From the sequence record PQ400055.1: DNA of 64,000 bases; one strand, 5' to 3'. Position 1 is the first letter of the stretch; every line of letters begins with the position of its first letter. The notes beneath the pieces were generated by a model. That model made no database searches and was not told the DNA's origin. It saw only the letters and a list, made by a program, of their open reading frames with translations. The stretch comes from a phage. Made by a program: the position numbers and the translations under genes. This document shows, piece after piece, positions 57,538 through 64,000 of the stretch.

Positions 57538-57778
57538 CCCACATCACCTTTTTCTTATTGATTGCTTTCTTACGCAGTTTTGCTACTGTCTCGTCAATAT
57601 CGATAAAGACAACGCCACGGTCGAATATAGTAGCAGGTCTTGATATATCGCTATTTTCTTGCACAGGAAGCCATGATGCGCTCGCTTCATCATAGAGATA
57701 TTGTAAACCGTAATAATCTACGGCTACTGCGTAGTTTTCACTGGTAGCCGTCCATAATTGAATAATACCGACTTTCAT
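57509..57778 (-). CDS. hypothetical protein (89 aa from Met at 57778)
   Basis: MKVGIIQLW.. start forms TAATG overlap with the upstream mini-ORF; six-frame ORF to 57805 is N-extended; 3' end overlaps td start. Confidence 0.45.
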   Translation of the reverse strand: MKVGIIQLWTATSENYAVAVDYYGLQYLYDEASASWLPVQENSDISRPATIFDRGVVFIDIDETVAKLRKKAINKKKVMWDERIFETIA

Positions 57779-57870
57779 TATTGTTCCCGTCCGCAATGTA
57801 AACACCGACTACCAGCAAACATCAAAGATTCACCACAATGTTTGCACTCATAATCTGTCAGAATTTTCAT
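57778..57870 (-). CDS. zinc-ribbon mini-protein (30 aa)
   Basis: MKILTDYECKHCGESLMFAGSRCLHCGREQ; begins 1 nt after frd stop. Below six-frame track cutoff. Confidence 0.35.
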   Translation of the reverse strand: MKILTDYECKHCGESLMFAGSRCLHCGREQ

Positions 57871-57871
57871 G

Positions 57872-58441
57872 TTACGCCTTCTTACGTTCTAAAATTTGTT
57901 CGCTGATCAGGTAATCATCAAGGAAGTAATTATGTTCTTCTTTTGTTGCAAAGTCAAAATATAATTCCTGAATCATTTCCTTAGAGATACCAACATCATA
58001 TTCAAATGGATCGTTGACCCCTGAACGTTGAACATACGTTAACACAATACGGTCCGCAAAGTCAACCGCTTTTTCAATCAGGGAAGGTCCGCCGATAACA
58101 CTTACCAAACCTTGCGTTTTCTCCAGGACTTTTAACAGATCCTTTAATTCAATTCCAGTATACACATTAGGCTGGTCGCCGTTTTTGGCTTTCGGTGTCG
58201 GCTTGCTGGCATCGGTACTAATAACCACATTAAGACGACCTTCCAGTGCTTTAGGCAGACTTTCAAAGGTATTACGTCCCATTACAACCGCCGCAAGATC
58301 AACATCTCCCATAGTGCGCATTTTAAAGTTTTCCATGTCCTTTTTGATTGGACGTCCCCACGGTAAACCGCCTTTAAAACCAAAAGCCCAATTTTCATCT
58401 GACATTTTAGTGTCACCAATCGCAAATACACATTGAATCAT
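57872..58441 (-). CDS. frd: dihydrofolate reductase
   Basis: 189 aa (T4 Frd 193 aa); DHFR-like N-terminus; position upstream of td. Confidence 0.85.
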   Translation of the reverse strand: MIQCVFAIGDTKMSDENWAFGFKGGLPWGRPIKKDMENFKMRTMGDVDLAAVVMGRNTFESLPKALEGRLNVVISTDASKPTPKAKNGDQPNVYTGIELKDLLKVLEKTQGLVSVIGGPSLIEKAVDFADRIVLTYVQRSGVNDPFEYDVGISKEMIQELYFDFATKEEHNYFLDDYLISEQILERKKA

Positions 58442-58456
58442 AATATAAATCTCCCA

Positions 58457-58786
58457 TCAAATCAGTTTGAAATAGTTTTCGTTTACATTTTCTTCTGTGA
58501 TTGCTGTCTTAAATTCTTGACCGTTATCAGGTGTGATGAAATAACGGTCAGAATAATCACGAAAACGTTTTAAGTGAGATACCCCAACATTAACACCATT
58601 TTCCCAAAAACGAAAGGTAATCATTTTTGGTTCATATCGATAGTCGCTGGTTAACACAGTACCATCGCCGCGACGGGCTTCATAAACCGTAATACATTCA
58701 CGGTTAGCGGCTTTAAGGCATTCTTCAATAGTGCCGCACGAGATAATACTTACTTTTTCATCTACGATTTGTTCTACAGTCCACAT
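58457..58786 (-). CDS. hypothetical protein
   Basis: Start placed at MWTVEQIV; six-frame ORF to 58819 is N-extended. Confidence 0.45.
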   Translation of the reverse strand: MWTVEQIVDEKVSIISCGTIEECLKAANRECITVYEARRGDGTVLTSDYRYEPKMITFRFWENGVNVGVSHLKRFRDYSDRYFITPDNGQEFKTAITEENVNENYFKLI

Positions 58787-58852
58787 AATATAATCCTCTC
58801 TTTGTTTCGATATGTGCATTATACACTATTGCGTTACGCTGTCAACTCTTTT
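58787..58852 (-). promoter_or_regulatory. PeSL-like early promoter cassette
   Basis: TTGACA..17 bp..TATAAT on minus strand. Confidence 0.55.
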
Positions 58853-59643
58853 TCAAAAGATTTTACGATATACATTAAATTTCTAATTTCGGACGGTGGG
58901 ATTGTCTCTGTCCACCCGTCCGGCATAACTTTTTGCGATACGTGGTGTGTTTTATTACTAAGTTTTTGTCGAACAATACCCTCTAATTTTAGGGGTATGT
59001 TTCCATCTTTAGTTGTTAGCGTATGGAATATAAAGTGACGAACGGAAGACACGCTGGATTGCTGTTTCATCCTTTCCTCGGCTTTTTTGTTGGTGATTCC
59101 GAACTTATACCCGACAATACAGCCCCAATTATCAACCAGTTTTTGTATATAAAAGGTTCCTGGTTTTCTTTTATCATAACCTCCTTTTTGAGTGGGGCAT
59201 TTCGGACACTGCATATCATCTAAAGATGCGACATATTTGCCATGAACGCAGCAATCCATACTTAGATTCTTTTCTCTTGCATTAATATACCCATTAATAA
59301 ATCCATTGGATTTTACTTTTTCATTATGAGAACAAAATTCATCAATTCGTATATTTGCTGATATAACATTTTTTCTTCTCATTCGTTCCATCCAACATTC
59401 TTGACAACCACCTCCCCCATTTTTAAGTATATCGATAGTGGTTAATTTTTGCTTGTGGTTTGGATTTAATCCACAAGCAATTTTAATTTTAGATCGTACG
59501 CCAGACCACTCATAGAATCCCAAATATATCATATCTCCGCTTTTTATTTTTGGTGAATTTAATGCTTCATTTTCAATCTCAATTGGAGATTTTGAATTAT
59601 AGTAATGGATATATTCTATATCTTTAGCAAATCTGGTGTTCAT
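58834..59643 (-). CDS. Cys-rich hypothetical protein with weak GIY-YIG-like segment
   Basis: Start placed at MNTRFAKD; CQEC and CPKC pairs; GTFYIQKL..VGYKFGITN..R is only a weak GIY-YIG resemblance. Confidence 0.4.
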   Translation of the reverse strand: MNTRFAKDIEYIHYYNSKSPIEIENEALNSPKIKSGDMIYLGFYEWSGVRSKIKIACGLNPNHKQKLTTIDILKNGGGGCQECWMERMRRKNVISANIRIDEFCSHNEKVKSNGFINGYINAREKNLSMDCCVHGKYVASLDDMQCPKCPTQKGGYDKRKPGTFYIQKLVDNWGCIVGYKFGITNKKAEERMKQQSSVSSVRHFIFHTLTTKDGNIPLKLEGIVRQKLSNKTHHVSQKVMPDGWTETIPPSEIRNLMYIVKSFEKELTA

Positions 59644-59705
59644 TTTGTCCTCCGTTGTTTCGATGTGTGTATTATACATTACCACATCAGCATGTCAACA
59701 CCTTT
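59644..59705 (-). promoter_or_regulatory. PeSL-like early promoter cassette
   Basis: TTGACA..17 bp..TATAAT on minus strand, then GGAGGA. Confidence 0.55.
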
Positions 59706-59723
59706 TTCATAAAATTTTAGGCA

Positions 59724-59751
59724 ATAAAAAAGCCTCCCCGAAGGGGAGGCT
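59724..59751 (-). terminator. rho-independent terminator (minus) after gene 32
   Basis: AGCCTCCCCTTCGGGGAGGCT hairpin with T-run on minus strand. Confidence 0.7.
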
Positions 59752-59761
59752 ATAAAATTCA

Positions 59762-60736
59762 TTACATCGCTAACAGAGAGTCAAGATCATCCAGATCAGA
59801 AGCGGAGGAAGTACCGCCACCCAGGTCCAGAGATGCCATCAGGTCATCAGCGGAAGAATCTAACGCCGTGCTAGCTGCGTTAATACCAACTACAGTGCTA
59901 GCTGCGGTCATACCAGAATCGAATGCATTCATCTGTGCGTCAAAATCGTCAAGCTGGCTGTTAATCGCTGCCGCAGCACTGGAAGCCGCAGCACCAGCTA
60001 CCATAGAAACGCCCATAGTTTTCTTAAATTTGGTTTCCAGTTCATCGAACGGTTTAAACTGGCTAGGCGCTACAATCTCACTCAGATCAACCATGTTTTC
60101 CATCAGATATTTCTGATATGCTTCGTCTTCAATTTTCGGAAGCTGTGATTGCTGCATGAAACGAGAATCATCATAGTTCTGGTGTTTATCAACCTTCTTA
60201 GCTTTCAGGAGGAAGTTAGCACCGGAGAACACACAAGTTACATCTACCGGAACTTCGCCCATGTCGGTATTCACGTTCACCATTGCAACGATCTTATCAT
60301 AAATTTTCTGACCGAAGCGGAATTTGAATACCTTACCTTCATTTTCTGGTGCTTGAGGATCTTTCAGTACCAGAATATTTGCGTAGTAAGACGCTTTACG
60401 CTTAATCAGTTGCCATTCGGTTTTATCGGTATTGTACAGGTCTTTTTCGTTAATATATTTGCACACAGGGCAAGAATCAAAATCACCGTGGGTGCTTGAG
60501 CAGTTTTCCCAATACCATTTACCATTAACTTTGAAGGAATGGTTTACCAGTTTCACAATCGGCAGACCGTCTTCTGTCTTAGACGGCAGGAAGCGAATCA
60601 GGGCTTCACCGTTACCTGCTGCATCAGTCTTAATCTTCCACTCTTTCGGATCTTCTTTGGAGAAACCGTTGCCACCTTTCAGTGCGGCCAGTTGAGCTTG
60701 CAGTTTGGAAGAATCTTGGCGTTTAAACATATTCAC
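59762..60736 (-). CDS. 32: single-stranded DNA-binding protein gp32
   Basis: MFKR.., [37 protein letters not shown] match T4 gp32 from memory; acidic C-terminus. Confidence 0.9.
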   Translation of the reverse strand: MNMFKRQDSSKLQAQLAALKGGNGFSKEDPKEWKIKTDAAGNGEALIRFLPSKTEDGLPIVKLVNHSFKVNGKWYWENCSSTHGDFDSCPVCKYINEKDLYNTDKTEWQLIKRKASYYANILVLKDPQAPENEGKVFKFRFGQKIYDKIVAMVNVNTDMGEVPVDVTCVFSGANFLLKAKKVDKHQNYDDSRFMQQSQLPKIEDEAYQKYLMENMVDLSEIVAPSQFKPFDELETKFKKTMGVSMVAGAAASSAAAAINSQLDDFDAQMNAFDSGMTAASTVVGINAASTALDSSADDLMASLDLGGGTSSASDLDDLDSLLAM

Positions 60737-60790
60737 TATTCCTTCTTTTGATTAATTTACTAGACTATTATACAGATTTAAATTTACTTG

Positions 60791-61471
60791 TCAACTATTT
60801 GTTTCGGCTTTTAATTGAGATATTTCTTTACACTCTTTAACTACTTTAACAAATAATGCTCTTGCTTTTGCGGCGTCAATAACAAGTAGTTTCTTGTACG
60901 CCTTCATTTTAACACTATAAGTTTGCCAAATCAAGTCTTTGGCTACCTTGTCGTGTTCGTCGATTATATTTAGAAAGCTATCTAACAACATAAACGACTC
61001 AAACGATATAATCCGATTTTGCAGTAGTTTAAAGATACCGCTAGTTTCGGTTGCGGGATTATATGTAATTAGCTCTTTAAGAGTAACCCCGCGTTTCTCT
61101 GAGAAGTATACAAGACTTTTAATGTCATCGTCAAATCGTGTTGCCGCATCAGTGATTTTACCGATGTACTCCATGTAAAACCCGTATGCGTCAACATCGG
61201 TGATTTCACCTACCCATGCATCGGTATTAGCTACCAGATTGCTTAGGAATAGGAAGTATAATTCTCTTAGATTGTACTTTTCCGCTAATTTTGCGAAATA
61301 ATACTTATCTCTGCGTTTATTGAATGCGGCATCAGACAACCGCATCCTCCAATTGTATTTTACGCAATCATAACGCCCGTTCATATGAGCTTTCATCATG
61401 CAATATAACATATACACAGATTTAGCATTAATTCGCATATCTGGATCTGGAGGAAGACGGTTTCTGATCAT
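60791..61471 (-). CDS. 59: helicase loader gp59
   Basis: KSVYMLYCMMKAHMNGRYDCVKYNW, NLVANTDAW, IFKLLQNRIISFESFMLLDSFLNIIDEHD match T4 gp59 from memory. Confidence 0.9.
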   Translation of the reverse strand: MIRNRLPPDPDMRINAKSVYMLYCMMKAHMNGRYDCVKYNWRMRLSDAAFNKRRDKYYFAKLAEKYNLRELYFLFLSNLVANTDAWVGEITDVDAYGFYMEYIGKITDAATRFDDDIKSLVYFSEKRGVTLKELITYNPATETSGIFKLLQNRIISFESFMLLDSFLNIIDEHDKVAKDLIWQTYSVKMKAYKKLLVIDAAKARALFVKVVKECKEISQLKAETNS

Positions 61472-61480
61472 ACATACCCC

Positions 61481-61750
61481 TTAAATATCGAGAGTGTTGG
61501 TCGGTTCGTCGATCACTCCCTTCCTGAGCGTTCTATTTACTATACATTCTTGTGTGATCTTGTCAATAATGGACACCGGAATATACTTCTGATAGTGACC
61601 ATATTCGATAGAGTTTTCCTCTACAAACTGCGTTGTCGCTTCAAGATAAGTCAATCCCTCTTCAACAACCAGTTTTTCGATTGCAAGACCGTTTGCTGTT
61701 TTATTCGCGGCTTTTACCGCATGTTCATTAAGCATTGAACACCCGATCAT
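61481..61750 (-). CDS. 33: late transcription co-activator gp33
   Basis: LTYLEATTQFVEENSIE and C-terminal NTLDI resemble T4 gp33 from memory; position after gp59. Confidence 0.65.
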   Translation of the reverse strand: MIGCSMLNEHAVKAANKTANGLAIEKLVVEEGLTYLEATTQFVEENSIEYGHYQKYIPVSIIDKITQECIVNRTLRKGVIDEPTNTLDI

Positions 61751-62003
61751 AGAGTTCTACTGCTTCATCGCGTTCTGCTTCGAAGGTTTCGCGCTGTTGC
61801 TGGTGATACAGTTTAAACAGAATGCCCCACATTTTACCATCTACGCCTAATTCTTCTTTAGCACGCTGTTTGATCTCTTTGATCTTATCGCCATATGCTT
61901 CTTGAATGGTTTTCTGATCGCTGGCTTCTTTAATCAGTTGTGCCAGGGTATTTCCGTGTACATTTTCATCGAATACTACTTTTTCTTTTTTCTGTTCAGT
62001 CAT
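61728..62003 (-). CDS. dsbA: small DNA-binding protein, DsbA-like by position
   Basis: 91 aa (T4 DsbA 89 aa); position between gp33 and rnh; sequence not recalled. Confidence 0.45.
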   Translation of the reverse strand: MTEQKKEKVVFDENVHGNTLAQLIKEASDQKTIQEAYGDKIKEIKQRAKEELGVDGKMWGILFKLYHQQQRETFEAERDEAVELYDRVFNA

Positions 62004-62008
62004 AATAT

Positions 62009-62605
62009 TTAACCCTCTTTCGTCATTAATTGAAAACCACGTTCAGCTTTTGAAATTTCGCTAGGACTTAAATCGTCACCCACATATTCTAGCATCATTT
62101 CTCGGATAATGTCAAGTGCTTTTTCATCACCTGATTTTAACTCGAACTCAAGTTCATAGTGAGCATCTCCCATGACTTCGCCGACTTTGCAATAATAGAA
62201 AGTGTCTTTGCACATTTCCACTATAGCACCCTCAAGGTCAAGTGTCAATGACTTGCGGTATGTCATTACTTGCAATAAAGGAACGATAAGGTCGGAGTTT
62301 ACGCCTAGACTATCAACATAATGATAGAAATCATCCATTGTTGAAAAAGTGATTTCTTCTCGGTTGAAGAGTCCAGATTCACGATCACCTATTTTGACCA
62401 TGATCAATGATCTATTAACGTCAAGTCTAGCATAAATTCCTTTTCGACGCAGTGCATGATCTTCGGTATCATAATAAAATTCGTGTTTTAGTGTGTTAGC
62501 ATGATCTACGATATTGTACCCGTCATACATTGCTACCCACAAATCACAGATTGTTTCGACGCCAATTTGTGAGTGTGCATAGTATTTTAATTCAAGTTCT
62601 TTCAT
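62009..62605 (-). CDS. CYTH-domain protein (triphosphate tunnel metalloenzyme; class IV adenylate-cyclase/triphosphatase-like)
   Basis: N-terminal ExExK (KELELKYY), YYDTEDHALRRKGIYARL (YxD..R.R), C-terminal ELEFELK; 198 aa; not present at this locus in T4. Confidence 0.55.
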   Translation of the reverse strand: MKELELKYYAHSQIGVETICDLWVAMYDGYNIVDHANTLKHEFYYDTEDHALRRKGIYARLDVNRSLIMVKIGDRESGLFNREEITFSTMDDFYHYVDSLGVNSDLIVPLLQVMTYRKSLTLDLEGAIVEMCKDTFYYCKVGEVMGDAHYELEFELKSGDEKALDIIREMMLEYVGDDLSPSEISKAERGFQLMTKEG

Positions 62606-62615
62606 ATGTCAACCC

Positions 62616-63563
62616 TTAGAACTCACCAATTTTCTGCAACATTTTAACTAACGCATTTGTTACAAAATAGTTATAAATTTTACCGCGTGGTGCTGGTTTA
62701 GATTTTTCCCATGCTAACAAAATTTCATATTCGATGTTATCAGGAATAAATTCAAAATCAATAAGTTCGCGGTTTTCGTCAAAGCGTCGTGCTTCTTCCT
62801 CTGTCATCAAAGACTTTGGATCTTCGGCATCGAAAATTTGCTCTAACCATTTGGTTGCAATTGGTTTAGCTCGTTCTCCTTCCAGTCGTGAGATAATGAA
62901 ATCACTACGGCACTTGATAGAAGCTACACCGTCTTTTGCGTCACCCTTAACACATTTTACCATAAGGTCTTTGTAAGGGCTACCATATTTGCATTTCTTC
63001 CACGCTTTCTGTACTGGCGACCACTGTTTCACGTTTTTGTATTTGTGCAACTGTGTGTAGTCACCATCGCCGGAGTTGATTAGCACCTGGCGACCTTCTA
63101 CAGAAAACTTTTTAGTTAATACAGCGATTATATCATCCGCTTCAACTTTGTCAACCTTAATAACGTGATAAGGCATGTTCTCTTTAAACTCTTCGGTGAT
63201 CTTATTGATCGCAGCAAAGATCATCTCCCAATCACGCGGATCTGCGTCTCGTTTTTCCTTACGGTTGCGTTTATAGTAAGGTGCGATATCACGTCGCCAG
63301 TAACCTTTGCTTGAATCAAAGGCAAGTACCGTAATTGGGTATTGCTCTTTGAATTTTGTCATATTATAACGCATGGTGTCAAGGATAAGATGACGGATCA
63401 TACCTTCATTAATAGGATCTTCCGGTTTAAAGGTATGTGAGATAGTAGCAATCATAAGCTGCGACATATCAATCAAATGCACACCTTCCGGCAGTTTATC
63501 TTCTGGATCATCGAAGAAATCATTAAGTGTAGCGGTCGTTTTTGTAAATGGGTTATACGTCAT
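62616..63563 (-). CDS. rnh: RNase H (5'-3' exonuclease/flap endonuclease)
   Basis: KGYWRRD, YYKRNR, MPY, EADDIIAVL, SGDGDYTQLHKYKNVKQWSP, PRGKIYNYFV match T4 RNase H from memory. Confidence 0.9.
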   Translation of the reverse strand: MTYNPFTKTTATLNDFFDDPEDKLPEGVHLIDMSQLMIATISHTFKPEDPINEGMIRHLILDTMRYNMTKFKEQYPITVLAFDSSKGYWRRDIAPYYKRNRKEKRDADPRDWEMIFAAINKITEEFKENMPYHVIKVDKVEADDIIAVLTKKFSVEGRQVLINSGDGDYTQLHKYKNVKQWSPVQKAWKKCKYGSPYKDLMVKCVKGDAKDGVASIKCRSDFIISRLEGERAKPIATKWLEQIFDAEDPKSLMTEEEARRFDENRELIDFEFIPDNIEYEILLAWEKSKPAPRGKIYNYFVTNALVKMLQKIGEF

Positions 63564-63565
63564 AA

Positions 63566-63751
63566 TTAAGTTCTCTCCACTCTCACAACAACATATTCGC
63601 CAAACGAGTTAGATACTTCACGGTCATACCCGTACTTCTCCATAACTCGCAGAATTGCATTGTTTAATTCGGCACGGAAATAATTGTAATCCTTATCAGG
63701 GATTCTGTCAACTACCCATTTTGCACCTTCTGACAAATCAACTTTAACCAT
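63566..63751 (-). CDS. small hypothetical protein
   Basis: 61 aa ORF directly upstream of rnh. Confidence 0.45.
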   Translation of the reverse strand: MVKVDLSEGAKWVVDRIPDKDYNYFRAELNNAILRVMEKYGYDREVSNSFGEYVVVRVERT

Positions 63752-63757
63752 AATATA

Positions 63758-64000
63758 TCATCCTCTTTTTGGAAAATTTAAATAAGCATACTCGCCAACT
63801 ATTTCATGTGCTGCACGGTCATAAGCCTTAGCCGCCTCAACTTCTGTCTCAAAGTATCCTAGATGTATATTCTTTCGATTGATAACAATATACGCCTTCC
63901 ACGGCTTTTTCTTGCTTGGTGATAATGACACACCTTTATATTTGCTATGGCAAGCCTTTTTCTTTGAGACGTTAAACTGATTTTGCTGTTCGGTTGCTTC
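63758..64000 (-). CDS. AP2-domain protein, likely HNH homing endonuclease C-terminal part; gene continues beyond window
   Basis: Minus-strand translation ..YKGVSLSPSKKKPWKAYIVINRKNIHLGYFETEVEAAKAYDRAAHEIVGEYAYLNFPKRG* is a textbook AP2 DNA-binding domain. Confidence 0.6.
   Translation of the reverse strand, partial: EATEQQNQFNVSKKKACHSKYKGVSLSPSKKKPWKAYIVINRKNIHLGYFETEVEAAKAYDRAAHEIVGEYAYLNFPKRG

Noticed and set aside
34698-59705. Possible CRISPR array, suggested by the many similar 60-80-bp repeats
   Set aside because: The repeats are not separated by uniform spacers; each sits immediately 5' of a gene and contains -35/-10 hexamers and an SD, so they are promoter cassettes.

Overview
This window is a T4-like (Tevenvirinae-type) myovirus segment, read from sequence and ORF translations only; no database search was run. 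The plus strand carries the late structural block: fibritin 3' end, gp13, 14, 15, terminase small and large subunits, tail sheath gp18, tube gp19, portal gp20, gp67, gp68, gp21, gp22, major capsid gp23 and vertex gp24, several preceded by TATAAATA late-promoter motifs. Next come hoc and an Inh-like gene (minus), uvsW and uvsW.1 (plus), uvsY, gp25 and gp26 (minus), then baseplate genes 51-27-28-29-48-54 (plus). From about 31 kb to the end everything is minus-strand early/middle genes in T4-like order: alt, DNA ligase, gp31, cd, pnk, spanins, rnlA, denA, nrdB, a MobE-like HNH gene, nrdA, td, frd, gp32, gp59, gp33, dsbA, rnh. The most unusual feature is the large terminase gene: it is interrupted at the Walker-B site by an intein-like element carrying a zinc-ribbon and nuclease domain, and the element itself is broken into two reading frames, the second with its own SD and ATG. 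The early region is packed with small ORFs, each fronted by a repeated sigma70-type promoter/stem-loop/RBS cassette (PeSL-like), and contains several paralog families. Other accessory genes of note are a compact C5-methyltransferase-like/zinc-finger/DUF262 operon, a CYTH-domain protein, a NADAR-like protein, a SLOG/DprA-like protein, two ADP-ribosyltransferases and a td with a large internal insertion. Coordinates of promoters, terminators and cassettes are approximate.
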